DNA of 63,238 nt, counting the filler, from Octopus bimaculoides (Eukaryota): the NCBI RefSeq assembly GCF_001194135.2. It is 7 parts of 6 records of this genome, joined end to end, with 100 filler letters (N's around TTAATTAATTAA, not from the genome) between each part and the next. Parts side by side here need not be neighbours in the genome. Positions count along the whole stretch, not along the records: positions 32,501 to 51,359 come from NC_068992.1; 6 more parts are not named here. The stretch is one strand, 5' to 3'. A program made the position numbers and the translations under genes. Of the stretch, positions 35,588-49,659 are shown piece after piece (the stretch's first letter is position 1; the number at the start of each line of letters is the position of its first letter). The notes beneath the pieces were generated by a model that was not told the origin of the DNA, searched no databases, and was given only the letters and a program-made list of their open reading frames with translations.

Positions 35588-37540
35588 NNNNNNNNNNNNN
35601 NNNNNNNNNNNNNNNNNNNNNNNNNNNNNNNNNNNNNNNNNNNNNNNNNNNNNNNNNNNNNNNNNNNNNNNNNNNNNNNNNNNNNNNNNNNNNNNNNNNN
35701 NNNNNNNNNNNNNNNNNNNNNNNNNNNNNNNNNNNNNNNNNNNNNNNNNNNNNNNNNNNNNNNNNNNNNNNNNNNNNNNNNNNNNNNNNNNNNNNNNNNN
35801 NNNNNNNNNNNNNNNNNNNNNNNNNNNNNNNNNNNNNNNNNNNNNNNNNNNNNNNNNNNNNNNNNNNNNNNNNNNNNNNNNNNNNNNNNNNNNNNNNNNN
35901 NNNNNNNNNNNNNNNNNNNNNNNNNNNNNNNNNNNNNNNNNNNNNNNNNNNNNNNNNNNNNNNNNNNNNNNNNNNNNNNNNNNNNNNNNNNNNNNNNNNN
36001 NNNNNNNNNNNNNNNNNNNNNNNNNNNNNNNNNNNNNNNNNNNNNNNNNNNNNNNNNNNNNNNNNNNNNNNNNNNNNNNNNNNNNNNNNNNNNNNNNNNN
36101 NNNNNNNNNNNNNNNNNNNNNNNNNNNNNNNNNNNNNNNNNNNNNNNNNNNNNNNNNNNNNNNNNNNNNNNNNNNNNNNNNNNNNNNNNNNNNNNNNNNN
36201 NNNNNNNNNNNNNNNNNNNNNNNNNNNNNNNNNNNNNNNNNNNNNNNNNNNNNNNNNNNNNNNNNNNNNNNATGTTAGCTTCTAGGAAACATATTCTGTG
36301 TCCCGTTTATTGATAACTGTTGAAGATAGTTATGTCCTTTGCTATACAGTTTTAAGAATTCCTTTCTTTGTTAAGTAATCAAGAATAATGTTTCTTGCGT
36401 TATATTATATAGAAGCGGTAATAGTTCATTGTTTGTTTCTTTAATAAAAATATCCTTAAAGTGTCCTGTACCTGTATTACGTCTCACACATTGGATTACA
36501 AATATAAATTTATTTAGACGAATGTGCATGAATTGGTTAAACTTCTCTCGCGAGAAATACAACGAATTGCTTCTGTGCGATTCAACGTAGACAATAAAAA
36601 GAAAGGAATATATGTCAATTGATAACATGCCATAATAACAATAAGCAGAAAGAAAAATATATTTTATCTGTTCAAAATTACCATTGTGTATGTTATGCAA
36701 ACACAAAAGTGTGTTTTTACAAGTTGTTTAGGACTAAACGGTCATTCAAATATGACAGTTATGTACAGTTCAACGAGTACTTCAGCAGCAGATGTAAAAT
36801 AATTTCTATGAAACGGCAATGCGTGGGGAATATACGTCAGATATGAACTGACAACTGACTGCAGAAGAGTTAGCTTTCTTAATCTTAGCAATCAACTTTG
36901 AATTTCGTCCAAAACCTATTTACAATAACATAAAAGAGAAATAGTTGAGCTTTACACGAACAAAGAAAGGAAATATAAATTGTATAAAAGTTTTTCATTT
37001 ATGAGTTGAAATCATGTAATTTCTTTGTGTATGTGAAACAATTTGTATCTGATGAGACTTCAGACAATGGGATTAATGAATGCCTGAGAAGAATATAATG
37101 AGTCCGACTTCATTCTCTCGAAGCTGGAAAAGATTTGTTGTCAAAAACTATTTGCTAAAAAACTTGTAATATTTGAAATATACCAGATATGGAATATGAA
37201 GTACTGATCTGAAATGATTGAACTTGCTGCGTTACTTACTGAGAGAACAAAACACTGACAGGTTCTAAGTGTAGCTATGCTTTGTTAGTGGATCTTTTAA
37301 AAATGTAAACACATTTTACATTCTGCCATGGTTTTATGAAAGGAAATATTAAATCATTTGAATGATATACAGATGTAATTGTCTAGACTATTACATCACA
37401 ATCACACATATGGACACGCACACGCACGCACACACGAACAACGCTTATATAAATAATATATATATATATATATATATATATTTATCTTTTTATTTATTTA
37501 TTTATTTATTTATATATATATATATATACTTATCTTTTTA

Positions 37541-37582
<42 letters not shown>

Positions 37583-38172
37583 CACGGTTGGCAATAACAG
37601 CTGGAATTCAAATGAATAATAAAGAACCGTAGCATCATTATCTACTGTAGCATTAAGTAACTATAGTTAATGAAAGATTACCTTAACAAACAGCTGGAGC
37701 TCAGCCATTTGTACACATGTGTACATCTGTTGTGACAATTATATTGGTAATTGTTTAAGAAAGCATTTTCAAACGATTCTGAATATCAAAAGGTAAATTG
37801 ATGTCTTTTGTCTTTCACCCAAGGAAAATACTTTCCCCGCAACCACTGATCGTACCTGACCGTATGATCGCAACTCGCGATCAGTTTGCCAATTACTTTC
37901 TCTGCGACAATTCATTCTATACAGTCTGGTCGGCAGACACATTTGTTATGCTTTCATGCTCTGACACGTATCTCCCCATGTACCTCTAGTAACGTATTAT
38001 GTGTCTCCGAGATGAACCATTACTTTCATGCGAAAGATGCAACTTATTTTCTAACCGATCGGAAGGCAATTGAAGGTAAGGTAATCACTTTGTTAGGAAT
38101 ATATGGAGAGACTTGTCATGCAACTTCTGAAACGGATACGCCAACTGACTGTCTGTATGCCCACGCGGACTC

Positions 38173-38215
<43 letters not shown>

Positions 38216-38289
38216 GAGATATATTCTTTCCTTTAATCTATTAATGGCTTCTGACCTAAGATTGTGGTGATGCTACCTTTCTTTGCCGT

Positions 38290-39265
38290 CTCCGTTCGTG
38301 AGGCACGTCTTTTCGCAGTTGGTCTCTCGGATGGAGATGCAGGCCTTGGTAAATGAGAGACCGAGACTAGGCGCATGGAACGTAACATATAACCAGATGC
38401 ACACAAGCCACTACCATTCTGACAATAGCTATATATAGAGAATTAGTGGTGGGGAGGTATGACGAAGTTTCTCGAACGGAGTACTATCCGGTTAGGATCT
38501 GCCATGGATAATTTTCAGATATCCATGACCCGGCAATGCTACCGAGGGGGCTGAAACTGTTCGAGACAACTTATAGAAGCACAGATGTGCTGTCAGACGG
38601 TCTTGTCCGATGTGCAGGCAGAGATCCGAAACCGTTCTTCATGTACTCGTTCAGTGTCTGGGCATTGTTATGTCCAACAGCTCCTATGCGAGTGGGACAA
38701 ATCCGTCTATCAGCCGAGTCTGTAGTGATGAATGTCTCGCCGCATTCCTTTGTTCGGGCAGGTAAGGCAGTTTTGCTTTGCCTAGTGGCAGTGACGACAG
38801 ACGTTGTCTGGTGGACACAGCTGAAGGGCATGGGGATGGAGACGTTCCTATTTGTTAGAACCCTCATCGACTTTTTCAAATTTCACTTGGAAAATGAGAA
38901 ACGAGGTGGGAGAGTCGAGGTCCTATCCTCGAGTGAATTTATTCAAAGGTGGGTGAATATTGCGAAAATGGCAAATATAGATGATAGCGCTTTAAGCTTA
39001 GACTTGTAAGCAGGCACTTTACCCTTGGTGTACGGGTAGATGCTGCACCATAGTATGCCTCAATTATCCCTAGAGGTCCTCCAGTATCGGAAGACTACAT
39101 CGCTGTCATCCTTTTCTTTATTTTTCCTTCTCTGTTTCATTGTATACCGTGTACATATGTCATCTATTTTTAAAAAAATCATTTCAATATATATAAACGC
39201 CAACACTTTGTGTCTCTGTTTGTACTGTTCTCCTTAATCTTCGCCCTGGTGGCAAATAAAGCAAA
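38290..39265 (+). mobile_element. Tx1/L1-like LINE 3' fragment (zf-RVT/CCHC, ORF2 end, 3'UTR)
   Basis: RQCYRG...SCPMCRQRSETVLHVLVQC...LCLVAVTTDVVWWT...FIQRWVNIAKMA; stop at 39009; aataaa near 39256, then trinucleotide repeats. Confidence 0.85.
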
Positions 39266-39267
39266 TC

Positions 39268-39370
39268 ACCATCATCATCATTCATCATTATCATCGTCGT
39301 CGTCGTCGTCGTCGCTGTTGTTGTAGTTGTTATCAGTATTAACAACAGCTACTACTACTACGACTACTAT

Positions 39371-39423
<53 letters not shown>

Positions 39424-39470
39424 TTAATGCGGCTGCTACTACTACTACTGCTGCTGCTACTCTACTACTG
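39268..39470. repeat. Compound trinucleotide microsatellite (CAT/CGT/TAC/TGC)
   Basis: Directly visible. Confidence 0.95.
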
Positions 39471-39881
39471 CTTATGTAAATTTAGAAGAGAGTTTCTGAT
39501 TTAAAGGTGAAGAATGTAGATTTATGTGATTCGTGCTATCGAAGCTGTATTTCTGTTGATGACACCACGAAATAGAAACTACTAAATGGGTCACTTCCAT
39601 ACAGTCATGGTTACATTTTCATGTTCTTAAAACTAAACGCTTGGATTATATTACACATATATTAATATAAGAAAATATATTCGTTTCAAGCAATAAACAT
39701 GATGATGCATACTTATATGTATTTATAATGTTCAATAAATTAGATGAGAATGCATCTAGAGATATATATTATTAAATTTGTATGTATATTTAAAGATCTA
39801 TATTACCATTTATATGTTAAATTCATGACAATAACAATAAACAATACACATTTAATTTCATTCATTCAGTCATTCACATAT

Positions 39882-39915
<34 letters not shown>

Positions 39916-40243
39916 NNNNNNNNNNNNNNNNNNNNNNNNNNNNNNNNNNNNNNNNNNNNNNNNNNNNNNNNNNNNNNNNNNNNNNNNNNNNNNNNNNNNN
40001 NNNNNNNNNNNNNNNNNNNNNNNNNNNNNNNNNNNNNNNNNNNNNNNNNNNNNNNNNNNNNNNNNNNNNNNNNNNNNNNNNNNNNNNNNNNNNNNNNNNN
40101 NNNNNNNNNNNNNNNNNNNNNNNNNNNNNNNNNNNNNNNNNNNNNNNNNNNNNNNNNNNNNNNNNNNNNNNNNNNNNNNNNNNNNNNNNNNNNNNNNNNN
40201 NNNNNNNNNNNNNNNNNNNNNNNNNNNNNNNNNNNNNNNNNNN

Positions 40244-40276
<33 letters not shown>

Positions 40277-40340
40277 ATGTGTGAATATATTCAGATATAT
40301 TTCCATGTACACACACAGAACGCACATACATATACTCTTG

Positions 40341-40383
<43 letters not shown>

Positions 40384-41030
40384 ATGTTTGTGTGTCTGTG
40401 TGTGTGTGTGTGCGTGTATGTATGTGTGTGTGTACAAATCACAGTCAACATGTGCGTGTGCGTGTGTGTGTTTATGAGTGTATGTATTTGTGTTTCTGAT
40501 TGCATAAGCTTGTGCCTATGCATTTTTGTACCTGTTTATTTCCACAATTCGCTATTTATGTCTATTTGAAAAATTCTATATGATTATAGAAGTATGAATG
40601 TGAAACTGTTTAAAGTAATGTTGCCTTGGCGTAGGTAATCATGGATAAAAGATTTATGAGTTTTTATAGTCTTTATTTGGCAGTATTTCTCCATAATTCA
40701 TCTAAATTAAATACGTACTATGAATAAATTAAACCTTTTTCCATTCACTCCATTGCACAGAATTCAGCAATTTTACTGCAGTCAATACAATGTTACTGTT
40801 TCAACGGAGATGTTTTTTTGCTTTTTTTGTTGTTCTTGTTCTTTTCACTTTAAGTTGACAAATATAATAAAATAAATAATATCTTGATTGCACACAACTG
40901 TAAAGCAGTTGTATTGAAATACGTTTCGTATGTTGAAATATATGTTTCTTTTACGTTTGATTGTTTCAGTCATTGGACCGCTGCTACGCTGGAGTATCCT
41001 TTTAAAGGGTTTAAGTTGAACAAATCGGCA

Positions 41031-41115
41031 CCAGTATTTCATCGACTCCAGTATTTCATCGACTCCAGTATTTCATCGGCTCCAGTATTTCATCGACTCC
41101 AGTATTTCATCGGCT
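41031..41115. repeat. 17-bp minisatellite, 5 units
   Basis: ccagtatttcatcg(a/g)ct x5 with no spacers, inside a family D SINE remnant. Confidence 0.95.
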
Positions 41116-41319
41116 CCTTTGCACAAATGATAACTTACAGAGACATAAACAAACACCGCCAGGCAAACGGTGGTGCGGGACAAAAACAAACACAAGGGCA
41201 CACGTATATCTCTTTATCTGTCCATCTATTAATGTACACTCACAGACACACCCATACACACGCTCATGCAAACGCACACAATCTGCCTCTCTCACCCACA
41301 TAATCACACACACAGATAA

Positions 41320-41343
41320 TACTACTACTACTACTACTACTAC

Positions 41344-41422
<79 letters not shown>

Positions 41423-41508
41423 AAGAAGAAGAAGAAGAAGAAGAAGAAGAAGAAGAAGAAGAAGAAGAAGAAGAAGAAGAAGAAGAAGAAGAAGAAGAAG
41501 AAGAAGAA
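41320..41508. repeat. (TAC)n(TAA)n(GAA)n compound microsatellite
   Basis: Directly visible. Confidence 0.97.
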
Positions 41509-42760
41509 GACCCGGATGATGATAGGTACAAGTACCTGGATCTGGACAATATCTTGCTTAAAGAAAGTAAAGACAAGGTCATCACTGCATATTCGAAGCC
41601 CCTTATACTTCTTTTGAAATCGAAACTCACCTCAAGGAACTTTGTGACTGCCATCAACATCTGGGCGGTTGCTGTAGTCCGCTATAGTGCACTATCCTGA
41701 AATCGACACAAGCGGAGATTAACCAACTCGATCGCACTTCTCGAAAGTCAATGACAATGTATGTTGCTCTCCACTCTAAGGCGAATGTACACATGCTATG
41801 CATGAAGAAGAGTAAGGGTGGATGTGGGTAGAGCAGCGTACGGAAGTGCATTAACAATGAAAGAAGAAACAAGGCAGAATATTTGGTAAACAGCAAACAA
41901 GACCTACTACAGTAGTAGGCAGGATTTAGTAAAAATGGACTTGAGAGTGCTCATGAATTCGGATGAAGAACGGCCAAGGAAAGAGAAGAAACCCTACTCC
42001 GCATGGAACTGAAATTAAAAGATCAGGAAGTATCATGGAGGTTGATTCACGAGAGTGACCTAAAAAAGAATACTGAAAGCCTAATCATCGTTGACCAGGA
42101 GGAGGCAGTGAATACCAACTCGGTGAAAAAGAATATATACCACATACGGTCCTATGCAGAATATGTAGGAAGAGGATCGAAAGGGTGAGTCAGATTGTTA
42201 GTTCTTTTGAAAGTCTTGCGGTCTTGCGCAAAAGACTACAAGTGTAGACACGACAAGTTAGCCCAAATCCTCCACTGGCTACTATGCCCTAAGTACGGAT
42301 ATAAGGCTACGAGTGTTTGGTACTAACTAACACCAGAAGAGGTCACAGGCAAAAAGAGGAAGGCAAAAATCCTGTGGGACAGACTCTATAGTAACCTTTA
42401 GGAGAGACAAACAAGAGCGCCTAGTGATTGACATGGCAGCACCAGGAGATCAACATATCCTCACGAAAGAAAGATAAAAGGTTAATACATATGGAGACCT
42501 CAGAATTGAGATCGCTAACATGTGGTAGCTACTAGAGTCAAACATAAAGGTTATCCCTATTGTTATCAGGGCATTGGGTTCAATAACACCCAATCTGAAA
42601 AAAATCGAAAAACTTTAGAAATACACTTTAATCTAGGGATATTGCAAAAGTCGGCATTACTTGGAATTGCACGCATATTGTCTGCTTGATGTGTTTGTTG
42701 TGACTTGACAAACAGTACAAACCCCTGGTAGACACAATATCTTTAATCACGATATTGTAT
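41509..42760 (+). mobile_element. R4/Dong-type RLE non-LTR retrotransposon, 5'-truncated and decayed
   Basis: YKYL...AINIWAVAVVRYS...QLDRTSRKSMTMYVALHSKA...KGGCG...DLKKNTESLII...YKCRHDKLAQILHWLLC...KILWD...VIPIVIRALGS...LQKSALLGIARIL. Confidence 0.92.
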
Positions 42761-43115
42761 ACTGTACGACGCCTGTGGTAAAACTAGTTCACTACTCAAC
42801 ATCAGATGACGGTGGCCGGCATAATGGAGCAGCAGCTTTATTTGCATATTCAAAATCTTTCCTATAAACAGATTTATGCGTCCACAACATATGACACTAT
42901 TACAAGGACCTTAGAATAATAAACACATAAATATTAAAAACGATATATTCAGAATAGTCACTACACATGAATTTATTCAGAACAATTCCAATCATTTCTA
43001 TTACAACCACAACAGGTCACTTTTAGTTCATTTGACTATTTAAGAAGATTCCACGAACATCCTACTACCATCCTTGTATTTTTCTTATTCTATATCTTCT
43101 TTTCTTGCTCCCTTT

Positions 43116-43198
43116 TCTTCTTCTTCTTCTTCTTCTTCTTCTTCTTCTTCTTCTTCTTCTTCTTCTTCTTCTTCTTCTTCTTCTTCTTCTTCTTCTTC
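43116..43198. repeat. (CTT)n microsatellite
   Basis: Directly visible; gives the poly-Leu ORF. Confidence 0.97.
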
Positions 43199-43689
43199 GG
43201 TTTAAGCAATCAACACCAAGAACTCATATCAAATATTCTTTTAGTACTGCTACTACCTACTACCAAGCCATCACAAGAGTAAAGAAGAGAGACAGACAGC
43301 CAGAAAAAGGAAAATGTCCTTTGTATTTGAAATTTATGGAAATATCTTAGAAAAAAACATTTCATTTAATTTTTCCACAATTTAATTGTTTTCCATGCTT
43401 TAGTAAAACCGGTACTAAAATGTTCTTCATGATCGAATCATTTTAGTATTTTTCTACTATGTCTGATTTTCCTTATATATATTTAGTGCATTTAGTTCGG
43501 CAAAAGATTACAAAGGAATAAGTGCCAGAGTTAAGACAAAATAAGTGCCTCATTGTTAAGATATCAGTTAATTTGTACTAGAAATGAAAAGAGCCTGATA
43601 AGGAGGAACTTAGATTCTTTCTAACACAGACACTTTAAGCAACTCCATTGACGGTGAAGCAAATGGGAGTTGGAGTAAATGTCATATTA

Positions 43690-43720
<31 letters not shown>

Positions 43721-44030
43721 ATATTATGATATTCGAAACTGTGAAATCCGACATTCATTACACCATTTTTTAAAAATTTGTAACATTACTGGGATTGAAA
43801 CCCTTTTCACACTTCAGTTGCTACCTTCTTATGTCTAATACATTGAATTTCCAGAAATATATATTTCCACAAAGATCTGTTTTTAGAAACATATTTCTTT
43901 ATTGTGTTTTGTTAGATAATTTGGATAGGTCCTGCATATAACACACCAGCATCAGTTGTCAAGCGTTGTTGAGGGGGGAAGAACACAGACACACAACGAC
44001 ATACACACACACACACACACACACGCACAC

Positions 44031-44068
<38 letters not shown>

Positions 44069-47000
44069 NNNNNNNNNNNNNNNNNNNNNNNNNNNNNNNN
44101 NNNNNNNNNNNNNNNNNNNNNNNNNNNNNNNNNNNNNNNNNNNNNNNNNNNNNNNNNNNNNNNNNNNNNNNNNNNNNNNNNNNNNNNNNNNNNNNNNNNN
44201 NNNNNNNNNNNNNNNNNNNNNNNNNNNNNNNNNNNNNNNNNNNNNNNNNNNNNNNNNNNNNNNNNNNNNNNNNNNNNNNNNNNNNNNNNNNNNNNNNNNN
44301 NNNNNNNNNNNNNNNNNNNNNNNNNNNNNNNNNNNNNNNNNNNNNNNNNNNNNNNNNNNNNNNNNNNNNNNNNNNNNNNNNNNNNNNNNNNNNNNNNNNN
44401 NNNNNNNNNNNNNNNNNNNNNNNNNNNNNNNNNNNNNNNNNNNNNNNNNNNNNNNNNNTATATATAACATGTACACGCATACATATACGTGCGTGTACCT
44501 GTGCCTCTGCGTGTATTGAGATGTATTTATAAACACAAGTATCGGAACACGTAGACATGCACACGCACATAAAATCATGCTCGCTTAGCAACATTAATTC
44601 AGTAGAGAAACATATAGTTTTAACATGCATCGCAAATATTTTACTTAGAAAGCCTCAATGCTTTCGGGCTACAATCCATACTACAGTATGCGGATAATTA
44701 CATAGGCCTAGTTTATTATTCATATTGATAAAGGTTGGTATGACAGAAAATAAATCGTTATAGATGCCCATGCTGTTGTTATATTCATGTTGCTATATTC
44801 ATATGTTTCTTATGGTCTCTTAATATAATTACAAGTTTGGTTTCACTATTGGCATCGGTACGTCTAAAAGAATAACTTGTGTAAATCACAGAATACAAGT
44901 ACGACCTCAAACTGACAAGATCGCCATCTCTTTCGTTTACTTGGCCTAATAAGTAACTTTAGCCAAATCTATGAAGTCATGCTATAACTTAGAAAATTAA
45001 ACATTCAGGAAATACATACACACATATAGATAGATACACACACATATATATAAATTCATATAGGCATACATATTCACGCATATATTATAAGTAGATACGA
45101 ACATCCATACGCACATAACTACGTATATTCATGTTTGTATACATACATAGATGCATGCACATTCCTAAACATGTATACAAGGTTTGCTTGCTGTGTGCGT
45201 GTGAGTATTCTACTGAATTATAGAAAATCTACAAATCTTTCAAAGATTTGTGGGATTTTCTATAACCCATTAGAAACGATAAAATTCTATAATCTTTACT
45301 ACGTGACCCAAGTCACCGATTATTCAAACGGCTAAAGCAAATTGCCGGTGAGAATCGTGCCAATATATACGAACATGCATTACAAAGTACATCGGAATAA
45401 AATAAGCCATCCTCAATCACAATCAAAATTATGTACGAAACGAATATCTTCATATATCTTTCACATATTGCAATGGAACCAACTGTGGATCTTTCGTATC
45501 AGACATTTCTACCGGAAAAATAATAACTGATAGCGGAAAAAAATGAGCGTTCCATAAATGATTCTTTTTGAACGTCTTACATGTAATTGTTTACAAACAC
45601 CAAATGTAAATTAATATATCCAAAAGAGATGGAGGTAGGATAGTAAAAATATTTTTTATTCTAAAATTAAAGAAAAAAATGTTTGCAATTCAGTGGGGGT
45701 TATTTTTCATCTTATGAGTTATATANNNNNNNNNNNNNNNNNNNNNNNNNNNNNNNNNNNNNNNNNNNNNNNNNNNNNNNNNNNNNNNNNNNNNNNATAG
45801 ATAGATAGATAGATAGATAGAGAGATAGATAAACCTTTTCCTATTTCTGTGTTCCTTTCTGTCATAGGCTCGAAACGTAAAAGACTTCTCACTTCCCGAG
45901 CTTTAAACTAATACATCTGTTTGTTGTTTACACACCCGTCTTCGTAATTTGGTTTTGTTTCTTCTTTTGTAAATGTTCACTACATATATATATTGACCCA
46001 CCAGATTTAGTATTTTATGATAATTATGTCTGAACTGACACGAGGTAATTTTTTTATCTAGGCCTTGAAATGTCCGATGACATAAACGTTTGGGGTATTG
46101 TATAATTGACGTAGTAAATTTCCTTCCTAAAATCTGATATTTCCGATGGTGAATCTCTATTAAATTTGGAATATCGTGAACGTCTATTAAGACAGAAATT
46201 GCTTACAAATTGCTTACAATGAAAGCAACTAAGGAGGTCTTTAGCAACATATTGCAAGACAAATTTTAAAATCTCACTGCAAGCGATGCTTTGTAAAGGT
46301 AATTATTAGATGTTGCGGAAATTTTTGAAATGTGTCTTCTGCAGTAACATAGCGATAAATTGTAGCATATTAATATAAATTTCAACCATGATTCAAAAAA
46401 GCCTTAGAATCTTATTTATAAAATTCAATAATCATACACCTACCCGATTCCTTACCAAGAAACTTACTTTTATAAAGACGTATGTTTAGAAAACGAAAAC
46501 CTTTGCTTTAGATATTTCAATTGGTTGTGTATAGAATAGTATTTAGTTTAGAAAAAGCACTCTAACAGATAATGAAATGTTATTGAATAGATACCAAAGA
46601 GTTCAAAGTTTTGTATTTTTTTCTCTACACTTTGTAAAATGTATTCCTCTGTAGACGATAGATATCAGTTTTAATGAAATATTTAAGGGGATCTTCAATT
46701 GCCTTAAATTCTTGTCCCTGCTATAGACAAACTCAACGAAACGTTTTTCGCTGAGAATATGAAAATTAATGATACTGATATATAAATGTAACAACCCCAA
46801 TATCTAAACACTTAACGGTATATGTCATTCTTAAATATTAATTCAAAGGGTTTAGTTATCTGCGGCAATCAGAAATGAAACAAAACTATGAATGTCTTTT
46901 TGCTGTAATATGTGTTTTACATCTAGCAATCACTATCATGCCAGTACACAGCACAAGTTATCTAGAATTTGAGTCATGATTCAATTAACAATTGTAAAAT

Positions 47001-48199
47001 GACTCAGCCAAAATAGGATGCACATTCCCTCCAAGAATTAGAGCAGCATCAGTTATCTTTGTACACGAAGGTTGATTTTCAATTAAGCCTTATGCAATTT
47101 TGAATATAAATCGAATTCACTCATTTTGTTGATACTTTTCGATTGTTTTCTTCAAGTCCATTTCTTTCTTCTTTTTTTTTTACCCAATGCAAAATATCAA
47201 TCATATGTAGATAGTGCGAGTAGTAGTTTGAGAGAGTGCTCACACTGTGCTTGCCTTGTTGTGGCTAGTTCTAATTGTCTTTCTAAAATCAGGGCAATGA
47301 AAACAGGACTACGAATTTGATGGCTACATACTTATACCCAATTCTAATAAAAACTCACTGATTATTTTACTGTCTTTCTTTCCAATTGTTTTATTTTGTT
47401 TTCTGGGCAGGAAAATTCCTACATGTCTTTTACTACTTCGCATTTAGTTGCGATATTTTCTGCTCTTAAAAAAGAGTTCGAAGTTCTTCCAATCACACTC
47501 TCTACAGAACACGTCTCTTAAGTTTATTTGTATTCTTTCCGGACGAGGAAATGTTGTATGGCCATGATGACCTCACCCACCTACATATCCCCGAACCGTA
47601 CACAACTAATAAAGAGTTTCTGATGTGTATATCATTTTCTGGAGTGTTTATTACGTGTGCGTTGATTTCTCCCGGATTCTCAGTGTTACACACGAAACGT
47701 ATTGTCCCATGTGCCTTCTCTAAATTAGATTTCACTTCACGTGTGTGCAAAAGTATGCTTAGAATTTTCATTTGATGCAGCAACTAAAGGTATCCCACGA
47801 CCTTGTACAGCTACAGTCGCCTTACTTTCTTCCTGAAGTGTAATTTCGTGATAGATTGTGATGAGGTTGTACCCATCTTGTGAAGACAATACTGCCATGA
47901 TTTAGTTGTCTCAGCAAATCGTTTCTTACATAAATATTTCTTCTCTGAAAGCACGTTGGCTTACGATGAATTTGGTTTGTGTTCCGCATACTCTCGTTTG
48001 ACAAAGTATTTGCAAGTGAATTGCTATTATGAAACGTGACGTTTGTCACGCAATATTTTATTGTTGAAATGTCATTATATATTTTTTTCATTTTCTGCCA
48101 TTTGTTGGTTTATGAAATCCTAAAATTTGGATGTTTATTTATTTGTTTGTAATAGTTTTGCATTGTTCAGAGAGATTTCTTGAGGGGGAGGATCTCATA

Positions 48200-48238
48200 T
48201 TATTATTATTATTATTATTAGTATTGTTATTATTATTA

Positions 48239-48296
<58 letters not shown>

Positions 48297-48301
48297 CATT
48301 A

Positions 48302-48372
<71 letters not shown>
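48200..48372. repeat. (TTA)n microsatellite
   Basis: Directly visible; gives poly-L/Y/I/N ORFs. Confidence 0.97.
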
Positions 48373-48375
<3 letters not shown>

Positions 48376-48639
48376 GAATTGGCAGAATTGAAACAGCGTT
48401 CTAAAAACATGCCTTCCAATATTTCATACGATTCTTTAGAATGTGAGTTCCCAGCCCGCTCTTGTCATTTGTACCATTCTTCGATCCATTCTCACTGAAA
48501 TATAGCTTTTGCTGTTGTAATTTTGGATTGTTGTTGTTGTTGTTGATGCTGTTGTCATCATCATCATCCTCATTATCGTCATCGCTATTAATATTCTGTT
48601 TTTGATGTACGTGTTTGATTCAATCACTTGCCGGGTCAC

Positions 48640-48892
48640 TCACTGCATACTTTGAAAAACGTTTATATGCTATTCAAAGCTTGGGGAGAAAATTTCGGGG
48701 CCCCAATGCAGAAATACATTCATGTACTGCAACAAAACACAAAACATCGACGCTGAAATTGGGTTATTTTTTTAATGAATAGGGATGTACATGTCGCTGC
48801 AAACGTTTTGGGATTTCTGTGAGACATGGCTTTCCTGAGATTTTACCTACATTTTTCTGACATTTGCATTCGTACCATACTTGGGACACCTG
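48640..48892. mobile_element. Tc1/mariner-like terminal fragment
   Basis: Ends ...acttgggacacctg|TA; reverse complement TA|caggtgtcccaagt is a Tc1-type TIR start. Confidence 0.4.
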
Positions 48893-48959
48893 TACTAACA
48901 GGTAGAGTTTATGCTTTGAAATGCAGCATGTCTTGTATTTCAATTTTTAGATCTATTAT

Positions 48960-49650
48960 TAGATGTAATACGGTGTCAGTTGTTCACTACCAGTGAACTA
49001 AGGTAAAACCCTCTATCTTTCGAGCACCATCCAGAATATTCGAGGGGTTCCAAGCAGTGCTGTTCTCTGGGAGTTTTCCACCCATAATGTATCCCCTATT
49101 TGTTCCACATACTTCCCGAGAATTTTACTCACTGTTCCCAGGGCTCTGACAATTATTGGTACTACTACCTCCTCTTTCAGCGATCACAACTGATTAAGCT
49201 CCCAAGCTAACCTTTCATAGCTATCGACTTTTCTTACTTCCTTATCGCATACCTTGTTGTCAGCTGGGCATGCTATATCTATGACTTTCCATCGTTCGCT
49301 TTCTTTCTCAAGTAACGCTATATCCGGTTTCCTATTTTATATTTCATTGTTCCACTGAATCATAAAATCCCATAGCATCTATGCCTTATCATTTTCGATG
49401 ATGCCTTCGGGTTTATATTCGTAGCACTTTGTGGCTCTAGCAAGGCTATACTTGTTGCAAAGTGTCCAGTGGACAATCCTTACAATATTTTCATGACGTC
49501 TCCTATATTCTTTCTGGGTTAGTAGCGTACATTGACTAGTAATATGCCATACGTCTTCATCATTTTATCCACAAATTCTGCACATATCACTTTCTGATTG
49601 GTTGCCTATTCTGTATTTGAATGTTGTGTTTCATTCTATATTGCCTCTGG
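48960..49650 (-). mobile_element. R4/Dong-type RLE retrotransposon 3' fragment (CCHC plus RLE)
   Basis: SDMCRICG*NDEDVWHITSQC...LWDFMIQ...RKPDIALLEKESERWKVIDIACPAD...VPIIVRALGTV...TALLGTPRI. Confidence 0.9.
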
Positions 49651-49659
49651 TATTCCCAG

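Noticed and set aside
41031-41115. CRISPR-like regular repeat
   Set aside because: Units are contiguous with no unique spacers, the context is eukaryotic, and there are no cas genes.
47411-48091. Several 60-93 aa ORFs on both strands
   Set aside because: No recognisable motifs, lengths compatible with chance, and no paired splice sites.
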